Positions 8,166 through 17,475 of a stretch of DNA of 32,000 bases are shown piece after piece. The notes under the pieces were generated by a model, which saw nothing but the letters and a program-made list of their open reading frames with translations, made no database searches and was not told the origin of the DNA. The position numbers were made by a program, and so were the translations under genes. This stretch comes from an uncultured archaeon. Its GTDB lineage: Archaea > Asgardarchaeota > Thorarchaeia > Thorarchaeales > Thorarchaeaceae. Numbering within the stretch: position 1 is the stretch's first letter; every line of letters starts with the position of its first letter. The stretch covers positions 75,759-107,758 of the forward strand of contig CAYHAA010000007.1 of NCBI GenBank assembly GCA_964354495.1, in the 5' to 3' direction.

Positions 8166-8569
8166 TGACATTCAAACCGAAGGTTGGTCTAATCTCGTGT
8201 AGTGGTGAAGCATGTCCTGGAGGGAGAATCTCACGTGCTGCAACACTTGAGGTCCTTCATCACCTGAAACCAACTGACACAGTCACGATATGTCTCCCAC
8301 TATTCCTTGCCGGAGATGAGGGAGAGCGCGGATTTGCAAGCGTCTTTCCAACTATCACGGTGGATGGGTGCAGTAAACTCTGCGCAGCAAAGGGCACAGC
8401 CAAATATAGTAGCGAGCCTGCTGTGAGAATAAACATCGAGGACTATACAGGTGAGGGATGTACAAGTACTGATGAAGAGATGCGGACACAGAGTGACAAC
8501 AATCTGATCAAGAGAGTCGCCCAAGACTTGGCAGCTCATGTCGATCATCTTCGACAAGAGTGGGAGTGA
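8162..8569 (+). CDS. DGC-domain putative Zn-binding protein
   Basis: SCSGEACPGG...ICLPLF...VDGCSKLCA; overlaps the previous stop. Confidence 0.87.
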   Translation: MMTFKPKVGLISCSGEACPGGRISRAATLEVLHHLKPTDTVTICLPLFLAGDEGERGFASVFPTITVDGCSKLCAAKGTAKYSSEPAVRINIEDYTGEGCTSTDEEMRTQSDNNLIKRVAQDLAAHVDHLRQEWE

Positions 8570-8578
8570 TCCAGTGTC

Positions 8579-9771
8579 TTGAAGGGTAAACTTCAAACAC
8601 GCGCGCTCGATTCAGCTATCTCTAGCTTCGATATCACGCTCCTGAGCCGACTAATCAGAGATGCGGCGACAAGCGGTCATATTCGTGATACATGTGACTA
8701 CCTGCATATCGCCATGGGAAGTGCACATTCCATTAGCTCTGGAGTCTTGCGAGTAGCTGTCGTTTCGGCGTTTGAAATGTATGACTTCAAAGTTCTTGAT
8801 GTTGATCCTCTTGAGATTCTCTCTGGACTTCAGGACCTTGAACCCCAGGACATGATAGAATCTGCACGAAGAGCAATCATGTCTGCACTTGAGTTTCAAG
8901 TCCATAGGAGAAACACATTCTTTCTTGCAGTGGACAGGCTCCACAGTTCTGAAGCCGCAGTCCTTGTCAAGGATATCATCAACGCCCGGAGAACTGAGTT
9001 GGAGGAGCTCTGTCACAGCAGTCCAACTCTAGAGCAACTCGCTGCCACTTACTATGGTTTTCAGTTTCTGACCTCTCAAATCAGAAGATCGGAGCTTGGT
9101 GAAGACACTCAGAAGTTATTCGAATGCCTTGAACTCGATACCGCTCAGGATGTCAAAGTACCCTCGAATGCATTGAAACCCGAGGCGGTCGTATTTCGAA
9201 ATGTATCCGCGCAGACAGATGAGCTTCTCAGAAACACTCTCTATCTGACTGGGTATGACTCGGGCGAGCGGGCAAAGTCGGCTGCCTGTCTTGGAGAGCT
9301 GGCTGATCCCAGAGCTGGACTTTACCTCTCAAAGGCGACGAGGGATGAGTACTCATGGGTCCGGAAGGCTGCTGTGTCTGCTCTTGGGCGAATAAGGTTC
9401 CTCGAAGACCCCGGGTGTGTTGTTGATGTCTTGAAGGATCTTGACGAAGGAACCAGAAATGCGGCATTGGAAAGCGTCTGTTCCGTGGGACCCAGGCTGT
9501 TCCTCTACTCCTCAATACTCTAGAGAATTACAGGGGCATCTCCTATCCTGAAGCGATTGAGGCAGCCAAGAAGGCTCACCCGCGAGCCTTGGACAATCTC
9601 GAGGCAGTATTGCAGTATCACTCTCGTACAGCCAGAGCCTTGGCCGCAAACGCACTAGGTAGAATCGGTGACAAGAGAGCCATCTCAGCACTTGAGAGAG
9701 CTATGCAGGATGAAGAATTCGAAGTGAGATCTGCAGCACAAGACGCGCTCATTGAAATGAAAAGACTGTGA
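8579..9771 (+). pseudogene. HEAT (PBS-lyase-like) repeat protein split by one frameshift near 9470-9480 (ORFs 8579-9523 and 9589-9771)
   Basis: The first frame has HEAT repeats up to DEGTRNAALES. The -1 frame is open from 9445 and continues RLFRGTQAVPLLLNTLE...RALAANALGRIGDKRAISALERAMQDEEFEVRSAAQDAL. GGAGTGA RBS precedes TTG 8579. Confidence 0.75.
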
Positions 9772-9882
9772 TGTTAGTAGCATCACGTGGAATCTCACGG
9801 CTCTTTCCTGCAGCAACAAGAAAAGCCAATCGAAGTTGACCACAGGTCACCTCGCAGGGATTAACAGTCACTCACATATGCT

Positions 9883-10647
9883 TCAGATGATTCTCATCAA
9901 AATCATGACCGCAATCACCCACACTACAATGCCGAGCCCGGCCTTAATCTTTTGAGCTTGTATCCTCATGCTGGTTCTCGCCCCGAGATTCCCACCGATG
10001 AGGACGACAATGCCAGTCACCAAAATCAAGGGAATATCGAAAGCATGAAATGCCGCATGGCCAAGTAGACCGGAGAATGCTGAGAAGGATACAATCGCAT
10101 GCGACGATCCTGCCGCGAACTTTGTAGGGTACTTGCAGATATAGATCAGGAATGGAACGATTAGCACTCCGCCGCCAATTCCTAGCAAGCCCGATATGAG
10201 TCCTACACCGAAACTGAATAGCACGATGAGTGGGTACATGGTAGTGACCACGCGTTTTGGAAATTCATCCTCAATCTTTCCCCGTTCCCAAAACGTATAG
10301 ACCATCCTCCCTCCGAGACCAGCCAAGAAGAACACAAACAACCACAACAAGAAGGTTTCATCAACAAATACAACTAAGGCTCCGCCCATAAAAGCGCCCA
10401 GGCAGACACCAGGTATGAATAGGAAGGACGTCCTCAAGTCTATCATCTTCTTGCGATACAAGACGTAACCCGCAGACAGCGATGTTATTAGAGTCAACAC
10501 TAAGGATGTGGATGTGGAAATCGATACCGCATAGCCAAGTAGAATCAACAGCGGGGAGTACATCGACCCTCCGCCCTGACCAAACATCGAGAACACAAAA
10601 GCTATCAGAAAGACAAAGATGGTAGTGTATAGAAGTACAATATCCAT
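9883..10647 (-). CDS. Sulfite exporter TauE/SafE family membrane protein
   Basis: Two repeats of the GxGGG signature (FGQGGGSMYSPLL; LGIGGGVLIVPFL), AAGSS and about 8 TM helices. ATG 10647 or GTG 10659. Confidence 0.9.
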   Translation of the reverse strand: MDIVLLYTTIFVFLIAFVFSMFGQGGGSMYSPLLILLGYAVSISTSTSLVLTLITSLSAGYVLYRKKMIDLRTSFLFIPGVCLGAFMGGALVVFVDETFLLWLFVFFLAGLGGRMVYTFWERGKIEDEFPKRVVTTMYPLIVLFSFGVGLISGLLGIGGGVLIVPFLIYICKYPTKFAAGSSHAIVSFSAFSGLLGHAAFHAFDIPLILVTGIVVLIGGNLGARTSMRIQAQKIKAGLGIVVWVIAVMILMRII

Positions 10648-10746
10648 ATTGATGCACACCCGAGGGTTTTCGGCAAACTGGACTGAGCTGGTTGGTCAAT
10701 CAGTGGAAACGCTGCCCTTTGGGATTCGAAGGGTTCCAGCATGACG

Positions 10747-10893
10747 TTACTCACGTGTCCAATCGCCTACTCCATTTAGGATATGAAAGAGACCGTGACC
10801 TGCCTCAGCGAGTCAATATTCAACTCGTGGCGGCACCTCATCAAAGTTCCTCCGAACAAGAACTTCCAAGTCAGTAAGTTCTGTCAGTTTCAC
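10747..10893 (-). pseudogene. HxlR-family winged-helix regulator remnant with internal stop
   Basis: Manual translation VKLTELTDLEVLVRRNFDEVPPRVEY*LAEAGHGLFHILNGVGDWTRE* matches the HxlR EVPPRVEYSLT..G motif. TGA at 10813-10815 replaces Ser. No intact N-terminal half upstream. Confidence 0.75.
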
Positions 10894-11012
10894 GATAGGT
10901 CAAATAAAGATAACCATATCTCTAATAAGCAGCAATTGTTCTCAATGATGAAGAGAGTGAACTAGGATGGATTGTGTTCTCACCTATTGACAGAAACTCC
11001 TTTTACGAGCCC

Positions 11013-11018
11013 TTTATA
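11013..11018 (+). promoter_or_regulatory. Putative TATA box for leuS
   Basis: TTTATA about 55 bp upstream of ATG 11074; GAGGT RBS at 11061. Confidence 0.4.
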
Positions 11019-11073
11019 GAGGACATCATCCTGAACTGCTCCGTTCCTTCAGTATCAAGAGAGGTCACTGAAC

Positions 11074-13977
11074 ATGAGTGAATTTGCCAAGATTGAGAAG
11101 AAATGGCAGAGACGCTGGGCAAAGGACAAGATCTTCGAGGCCGACCCTGACCCCAAGCGTAAGAAGTTCTTCTTGACGGTTCCATATCCCTACGTGAATG
11201 GCGCTTTGCACATCGGGCATGGCAGGACATATACCATCGGCGACCTGATTGCTCGATATAGGCGCATGCAGGGATACAATGTCTTGTTTCCAATGGCCTC
11301 TCACATGACAGGCACTCCCATTCAGGGGATGGTAGACAGAGTTCTGGCTGGAGATTCCGCTGCAATTGAGATGTACAAACGAGACCTCCGACATTATTTT
11401 GATACTGAAGAGAAGGTAGACGCTCAACTGGCAAAGTTCAAAGATGCCACAACAACAGCGGCCTTCTTCGCCAAGGTAATCTCAGAAGACTTTGACGCCT
11501 TGGGATACAGTATCGATTGGCGAAGACGGTTCACTACGGGCGATCCAACCTACAACAAGTTCATCGAGTGGCAATACCGGAAGTTCATGGAGCGCGGATA
11601 TGTCAAGCAGGGGAACTATCCTCTGCTCTACTGTCCAAAGGATGGAAATCCCGTTGGTGAAGACGACCTGCTTGAGGGCAGCTCCGCCAAGATAAAGGAG
11701 TTCACAGCCATCAAGTGGCCCTTTGAGGATGGCTATCTAGTTGCTGCAACACTGCGACCCGAGACCATCTTTGGCGTCACCAATATGTGGATCAATCCCA
11801 AGGCACCGTATGTATGGGCTCTGGTCGATGGTGAAAAGTGGGTCGTGTCGAAGGCTGCAGTGGAGAAACTAAGGCTGCAGGCCAAGGAAGTGAAACTGCT
11901 AGAGAACTTCCCGGGGTCCAGAATCATTGGCAAGACATTCAGAGCAATCCATGACGGTCATGAGATACCTATCCTGCCAGCGGAGTTCGTTGACCCGGAC
12001 AATGCAACAGGAGTTGTGTATTCAGTCCCCGGTCATGCACCATTCGACTACATTGCGCTACGTGACTTGTGGGAGGACCCATCCGGCCTGGCTCAATATG
12101 GATTCTCTGCCGAGTCTGTCCGAGGGATCAAGATCATTGGCATGATTGCCATGAAAGACTACAGCGAGTTCCCTGCAAAGGATGCAGTCGAGAAGAGGAA
12201 CATCAAAACCCAGGCCGAGGCTGCGAAACTTGAGGAGGCCACTCAGGAGATCTACAAGGCTGAGTTCTATGATGGAGTCATGCGAGAGAACTGTGCCCAG
12301 TTCTCCGGTCGGATGATCAAGGATGTCAAGAACGACGTTGTTGCGTGGATGAAGACGATTAACAAGGTGGACGTGATCTACGAGCCGGACCAACGACCTG
12401 TAGTCTGCCGGTGTGGTACCAGCGTTCAGGTTGGAGTATTTGCAGGTCAGTGGTTCCTGAACTATGAGAGCCCTGGCTGGAAGGAAGAGGCTCGGAGGGC
12501 CCTGAAGAACATGGGAATTGTCCCTGAAACGTTCAGAAATCTGTTCGAAGCGACATTCGACTGGTTGACCCAGAGACCCTGCGCGCGACGCAGAGGAATA
12601 GGCACAAGACTGCCCTTCGACCCTGACTGGATCATAGAGTCTCTCTCCGACTCGACCATCTACATGGCCTACTACACGATTGCTCATCACATAAGAGACA
12701 ACAAACTAAGGCCAACTCAGTTGACCTATGAGTTCTTTGACTATGTATTCTTAGGGAATGGAACGCCGACATCGGTGAGCAAGGTCACTGGTATCGATAC
12801 AGGTCTGTTGAAGACGATGCATAGAGAGTTCATGTACTGGTATCCGAACGACCAACGCCATACCGCGCCATCTCATATCTCGAACCACCTGAGCTTTGCT
12901 ATCTTCCATCATGTGGCTATCTTCCCAGAGAAGCACTGGCTGAAGATGATCAGCCTGAGCGAACACATGAATATGGAGGGCAAGAAGATGAGCAAGAGCA
13001 AAGGGAATGTGACACCTCTTGTCGAGATTCCTGAGAAGTATGGCGCAGACCTCTTCAGAATGTATGCTGTATCTGCAGCAGAGCCTGGAACCCTGATGGA
13101 CTGGCGCGAGCGGGATGTGCCCCCGATGAGAAACAGGATGCGGCAGTTCATAGACATAACATCCAAGTATGCAAAGAAGACACCCCGCGTCTACACAAGG
13201 AAGGACCACCCGACAATGGTGACCAGATGGATGCTCTCTCGTGTGAACTCTCTGGCAACAATCTGCACTGACATGATTGACAGCTTCAAGCTGAGGGAGT
13301 ATGCGATTCATGCTCTTTCGGAGATGATTCGCGCTGTCAATTATTACCTGAACCGTGAGGGAGTTCCTAGGGATGAACGAGAGGGTACCATGGCATATGT
13401 CTGTGATATCTGGGTCCGCCTTGCTGCTCCCATGACGCCACACATCTGTGAAGAACTCTGGTCGAAGATGGGTCACACGGACTATGTTTCTCTGACTACG
13501 TGGCCAAGACCCGACAAGAAGCTGATCGATAGGACTGTTGAGATGGCTCAACAAGTCGTTGATTCCACCATCCGAGACATTCGCGAGATCACGAAGCTTC
13601 TGAAGGGGAAGAAGGCAAAGACAGTCCATGTGTATGTAGCCCCCGAATGGATGTTCAAGGCAATGAGCAGTATTCGTGATGCCAATATCCCTACAATTGT
13701 CGGGGATATCATGAAGCATCTGATGGCTAACGAGGAATTTCGAAAACATGGCAAGGAAGTCAAGGCAATAGTCGATCGAATTGCAAGGGAGAATGGGCTC
13801 TGGGATCACTCTGCCAGCGCCAAGGACGAGATGGCAGTCCTACTGGACTCCGCAGACTACGTTGGAGATGAACTGAAGGTGGAAGTGATTGTGCAGGACT
13901 CTGAACATCCTACTTATGATCCACAGAACAAGGCTCGGTTTGCACTACCGGGACGCGTTTCACTGTACCTGGAGTAA
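11074..13977 (+). CDS. leuS: Leucine--tRNA ligase, archaeal/eukaryotic type
   Basis: PYVNGALHIGH (HIGH), KKMSKSKGN (KMSKS), CP1 editing motifs ATLRPETIFG and GVVYSVPGHAPFD, IESLSDSTIYMAYY, C-terminal ALPGRVSLYLE. Confidence 0.98.
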   Translation: MSEFAKIEKKWQRRWAKDKIFEADPDPKRKKFFLTVPYPYVNGALHIGHGRTYTIGDLIARYRRMQGYNVLFPMASHMTGTPIQGMVDRVLAGDSAAIEMYKRDLRHYFDTEEKVDAQLAKFKDATTTAAFFAKVISEDFDALGYSIDWRRRFTTGDPTYNKFIEWQYRKFMERGYVKQGNYPLLYCPKDGNPVGEDDLLEGSSAKIKEFTAIKWPFEDGYLVAATLRPETIFGVTNMWINPKAPYVWALVDGEKWVVSKAAVEKLRLQAKEVKLLENFPGSRIIGKTFRAIHDGHEIPILPAEFVDPDNATGVVYSVPGHAPFDYIALRDLWEDPSGLAQYGFSAESVRGIKIIGMIAMKDYSEFPAKDAVEKRNIKTQAEAAKLEEATQEIYKAEFYDGVMRENCAQFSGRMIKDVKNDVVAWMKTINKVDVIYEPDQRPVVCRCGTSVQVGVFAGQWFLNYESPGWKEEARRALKNMGIVPETFRNLFEATFDWLTQRPCARRRGIGTRLPFDPDWIIESLSDSTIYMAYYTIAHHIRDNKLRPTQLTYEFFDYVFLGNGTPTSVSKVTGIDTGLLKTMHREFMYWYPNDQRHTAPSHISNHLSFAIFHHVAIFPEKHWLKMISLSEHMNMEGKKMSKSKGNVTPLVEIPEKYGADLFRMYAVSAAEPGTLMDWRERDVPPMRNRMRQFIDITSKYAKKTPRVYTRKDHPTMVTRWMLSRVNSLATICTDMIDSFKLREYAIHALSEMIRAVNYYLNREGVPRDEREGTMAYVCDIWVRLAAPMTPHICEELWSKMGHTDYVSLTTWPRPDKKLIDRTVEMAQQVVDSTIRDIREITKLLKGKKAKTVHVYVAPEWMFKAMSSIRDANIPTIVGDIMKHLMANEEFRKHGKEVKAIVDRIARENGLWDHSASAKDEMAVLLDSADYVGDELKVEVIVQDSEHPTYDPQNKARFALPGRVSLYLE

Positions 13978-13986
13978 CTGGCTCTT

Positions 13987-14658
13987 CTATGGACTCCCCA
14001 CCTTCCTCTCCTTTCTCCACACATAGAGCGAGAGGATGAGCAAGTAGCCAACTATCGAGAAGTAGATTGCCCATTCAAGTGTCACGACCATATTGAAGGT
14101 GGGACGTGGATCAATGTCACTGAGTTCCTCCCAAGGTCCGTACAGGAAGAGCGCAAAGATTGCCGTGTTGATGAATCCTCCCAGTGAGAATATCTTTGGT
14201 ATTCTGACCTCCTTCTGAGCAAGAATACCGAAGGCCCAGAGCAATGTCATGACAAGTCCGCTGAGAAAGAACGAGATTGCGGCTAAACCGTGTTCTGCGC
14301 TGAAGTTCATTGGAAAAATGCCGACCATATAGATGGCTATTGCTGAAAACACGCCTACCAATGCCGCTATTTTGCTGACGATGTTCTTCAAATACAGTCC
14401 TAGGCCTATCATAAAGGGAAAAAAGAGGATGCCTGCCAGCATCAATCCCAAGTTGAACATCATTGCCCACTCTGAGACTCCAAGCTCTCCAAGTTCTGAT
14501 ACATAATGGTTGAACATTGAGAAGGGCTCACCATGACTCCCCACATAGACCGTCTGGGGAGTCAGAATAAACACAAGTCCGATGATTGAACCCATCATTC
14601 CCCACGCTGGAAAGTGTTCCTCGTTCACAAGTTTGCGGCACTCTTCTCTGATTCCCAT
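13987..14658 (-). CDS. DUF998 family membrane protein
   Basis: FSMFNHYVSELG, AMMFNLG, VGIFPMN and HGLAA..FF; about 6 TM helices. Confidence 0.8.
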   Translation of the reverse strand: MGIREECRKLVNEEHFPAWGMMGSIIGLVFILTPQTVYVGSHGEPFSMFNHYVSELGELGVSEWAMMFNLGLMLAGILFFPFMIGLGLYLKNIVSKIAALVGVFSAIAIYMVGIFPMNFSAEHGLAAISFFLSGLVMTLLWAFGILAQKEVRIPKIFSLGGFINTAIFALFLYGPWEELSDIDPRPTFNMVVTLEWAIYFSIVGYLLILSLYVWRKERKVGSP

Positions 14659-14817
14659 GTTTCACACCCTGCCATGCTGATGGGGAACTGCCTGATAGTC
14701 CTGCCGTTTCTTGGCAAGGGATGCGAACTTCGCCCTGACAGTCTGAGTTGATTCATTAGGGAACAATTATATCGCACATAGATGAGAGCATAGTCGAAGC
14801 TCAATGGTGGGAAGACA

Positions 14818-15051
14818 TTGATAGTTGCATTCATCATGGCCAAAGTTGAGTCGATGAAGTCTCGCATCGTCCTAGAGGAGATTCGGAAGATGGACGAGGT
14901 AGAAGAAGCGTACTTGATCTATGGCGCTTACGACCTATTGATCAAGTGCACCTTCAAGACACCAGAGGCCCTCAGTTCGTTTGTCGTCAACGAACTCCGC
15001 AAACTGGACGGAATAAAGGACACTGTCACGAACGTCTGTGCGCCCGATTGA
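14818..15051 (+). CDS. Lrp/AsnC ligand-binding (RAM) domain protein without HTH
   Basis: AFIMAKV...EVEEAYLIYGAYDLLIK...LRKLDGIKDTVT; 77 aa. Confidence 0.87.
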   Translation: MIVAFIMAKVESMKSRIVLEEIRKMDEVEEAYLIYGAYDLLIKCTFKTPEALSSFVVNELRKLDGIKDTVTNVCAPD

Positions 15052-15121
15052 GGAATAGAGACGGATTCTGATCAACCGCCGCCCGATACGGGTTCACCGG
15101 GAATAGTGGGATCCATTCTGT

Positions 15122-16981
15122 TCACTCGAGCCCAAGACGCTCAAGAGTCTCTTGCAGGGGCAGACCGGTGACTAGGTTCCACCCTCTCACCGAGTAGTAT
15201 TCATCAAGCATCTGGTCGAGTTCTACGACTTCACCAGCGGACGGTCCAAGTGGCGCTTTCTCCTTCGTCAGACGCTCGGGTAAGCAGTCATCTTTGCGCG
15301 TTACGCCGAATCGTGCATTGAACAGACGATTGAGATTGACGATGCGCTCACCTATCTCCTGTAGATCTGCGGCCGTGAGGTTCAGTCCGTTATGCACCTT
15401 GAGAGCAAGAGCCACATCATCATAGTAAAACTCAGGCGGTATCTGGGTCCCATACTTGCAGAGACCGACACTCTCTATCATGACCATAAAGTCCTCGCAC
15501 TCTTTCACCATGATTCCTTTGTACTTTGGATTCAGTCTATCTGCCATCTCTGGTAAGTACTTCTCTCCAAACCGTTTCTTGATGTCCTCATCGAATCCAA
15601 CCTCATCGAGGACTGGGAATCCATAGAGATGGTCTGCACCTCTCGCAGCAGTCGCTGCGGCAAGTCCCATAGACTTCTGCGCTCTGGGCTCTTGACCTGC
15701 AATCTCCTGATTCTTGACCGTCATGACAAACTTGTCCGTACCACGACCAATCCTCTGAGCTGCACGTGCGCTACCCTCTGCGAGTATGTTTCCGAATCCT
15801 TCTCTAAAGGCAATCATCTTAGTCAGCTTAATGAGACTCTCATCATTGCCCCAACTCAGGTCGATTCCGCCAGTATCCTCTGCTGTGAGTAGACCCTCAT
15901 CCCAGGCCTCCATCGCCCATGAGATAGTCCCACCCAAGGATATGGTGTCCAATCCATACTGGTTGGCAAGATGATGTCCAAATAGGACCGCCTCTAGGTT
16001 ATCGATCCCGCATCGCGAGCCCATAGCCGCTTGGGTCTCGAACTCAGGTGCCCCTCCCTCATAGGAGTAGGGCCCGCTTCTCACAGCGGTATATCTTCCG
16101 CACCTCTGGAGGCAAGACCAATCAGCTCTCGCCTTGACAAGATACTTCTCATTGATAGCATCCCCACCAATCTTCTCGTAGCCATCAAAGACACCCTGGC
16201 GCATGTTGTAGCTTGGGAGTCTTCCAATGTGCTGCATTAGTTCAACAAGACTCGTTGTACCGTATTTCACACGCCCCGGTGTGAATCTGTTTGACATCAT
16301 TCTCCGATAGAACTCGTCCATCTGTTTGAGATAATTCTTGGAATCTGCAACCTCAATCTTGCCCGTACCCTTCACGGAGATTGCCTTCAGTTTCTTTGAG
16401 CCCATCACAGCTCCGAGGCCTGACCGAGCAGACGCACGGTCCCTGTCATTCATGATGGCTGCAAAACGTACCAGATTCTCTCCTGCCTGCCCAATCGAGA
16501 GCACTCTGCATTTCCTGCCATGTTTCTTCCGGATCATGCTGTCAGTTTCGAAGACATCCTTCCCCCAGAGCTGAGAGGCATCTAGGAGCTCGACCATTGA
16601 GTCTTCGATATGAAGGTAGACAGGCGTTGACGAAGACCCTGTGAACATGATGGCATCATAGCCTGCAAGCTTCAGTTCTGGTCCCCAGAATCCTGCTGCG
16701 TGACTCTCTCCCCAGATATTTGTCAGAGGTGATAGTGCAGCAATGACATGTCTCGAGGACTGCGGGAACATAGATCCAGTGAGCAGGCCGGTGGCAAATC
16801 CGAGAACATTGTCTTTTCCTAGTGGATCTGTTCCTCCTGGAATCATGTCATAGAGGACCCTCGAGAGATACCCAGCTCCCAGGAGGTACTTGCGGACTAG
16901 CTTCTTGTCAATGGGCTCTTTCTTGATGCTCCCCGTTGTCAGGTCAACCCAGATGATCTCCCCGCCCATGCCGAACATCAA
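15122..16981 (-). CDS. aor: Aldehyde:ferredoxin oxidoreductase family (W/Mo-pterin) enzyme, paralog 1
   Basis: GPELKLAGYDAI, RSGLGAVMGSKKLKA, PEFET, YGLDTISLG, RGADHL and GLCKY. The Fe-S motif reads DWSCLQRC. Confidence 0.95.
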   Translation of the reverse strand: MMFGMGGEIIWVDLTTGSIKKEPIDKKLVRKYLLGAGYLSRVLYDMIPGGTDPLGKDNVLGFATGLLTGSMFPQSSRHVIAALSPLTNIWGESHAAGFWGPELKLAGYDAIMFTGSSSTPVYLHIEDSMVELLDASQLWGKDVFETDSMIRKKHGRKCRVLSIGQAGENLVRFAAIMNDRDRASARSGLGAVMGSKKLKAISVKGTGKIEVADSKNYLKQMDEFYRRMMSNRFTPGRVKYGTTSLVELMQHIGRLPSYNMRQGVFDGYEKIGGDAINEKYLVKARADWSCLQRCGRYTAVRSGPYSYEGGAPEFETQAAMGSRCGIDNLEAVLFGHHLANQYGLDTISLGGTISWAMEAWDEGLLTAEDTGGIDLSWGNDESLIKLTKMIAFREGFGNILAEGSARAAQRIGRGTDKFVMTVKNQEIAGQEPRAQKSMGLAAATAARGADHLYGFPVLDEVGFDEDIKKRFGEKYLPEMADRLNPKYKGIMVKECEDFMVMIESVGLCKYGTQIPPEFYYDDVALALKVHNGLNLTAADLQEIGERIVNLNRLFNARFGVTRKDDCLPERLTKEKAPLGPSAGEVVELDQMLDEYYSVRGWNLVTGLPLQETLERLGLE

Positions 16982-17475
16982 TAATCCTCCCCCTCGCCGT
17001 ACAGCTCTGTCCTATGCTCCTCGTACAGTGCCATCATTCGTCCCTCCTTATCCCTCTTGGCAAGGTCCTCTCTCGTGGTCATGAACAGCGCGTCTGCAGG
17101 GCAGCGGTCCACGCATTGGCCACACTGGATGCACTTGATGGCCTTCCCTGTGTCCGGATTGATGTGGATGGCATCGTACGGACAAGCCTCAACACACTCA
17201 CCTGTACCATCACACCTGTTATTGTTCACGATGACAGTTCCCTTGGAGGTGCGGCTCAGGGCAGCCGATGGGCAGGCATCGATACAGGGTGCATCTTCGC
17301 AGTTGCGACAGAAGAGTGGGAAATCCAGACCTGGCTCAGTTCTCACAACTCGCACGCGTGACCGTGTTGGGCTTATCACCTTGAAGTAATACATGCTGCA
17401 TACGTTCACGCAGATCATACAGCCTGAACAGACTTCCGGGTCGCCAAAGACAAACTTGAGTTCAGTCACATTCAT
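16978..17475 (-). CDS. Polyferredoxin (DmsB/HycB-like 4Fe-4S) partner subunit of AOR paralog 1
   Basis: CSGCMICVNVC, CRNCEDAPCIDACP, CDGTGECVEACP and CIQCGQCVDRCP; stop overlaps the aor start. Confidence 0.92.
   Translation of the reverse strand: MNVTELKFVFGDPEVCSGCMICVNVCSMYYFKVISPTRSRVRVVRTEPGLDFPLFCRNCEDAPCIDACPSAALSRTSKGTVIVNNNRCDGTGECVEACPYDAIHINPDTGKAIKCIQCGQCVDRCPADALFMTTREDLAKRDKEGRMMALYEEHRTELYGEGEDY

Noticed and set aside
8567-8578. In-frame TGA between the third DGC gene and the HEAT gene as possible selenocysteine readthrough
   Set aside because: It is not at a Cys-equivalent position, the DGC domain is complete, a GGAGTGA RBS and TTG give an independent start, and no SECIS is visible.
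9465-9480. Programmed -1 frameshift in the HEAT gene
   Set aside because: There is no X XXY YYZ heptamer in frame and no obvious downstream structure; a single-base deletion is simpler.
10660-10745. Small hairpins upstream of tauE as a SECIS or ncRNA
   Set aside because: The stems are short, no SECIS core or known RNA motif is recognisable, and no Sec-containing ORF is nearby.
10813-10815. TGA in the HxlR remnant as Sec or readthrough
   Set aside because: The family residue is Ser (TCA to TGA is one substitution) and the N-terminal half is also destroyed.
12751-13809. 352-aa minus-strand ORF
   Set aside because: Antisense shadow of leuS with no motifs.
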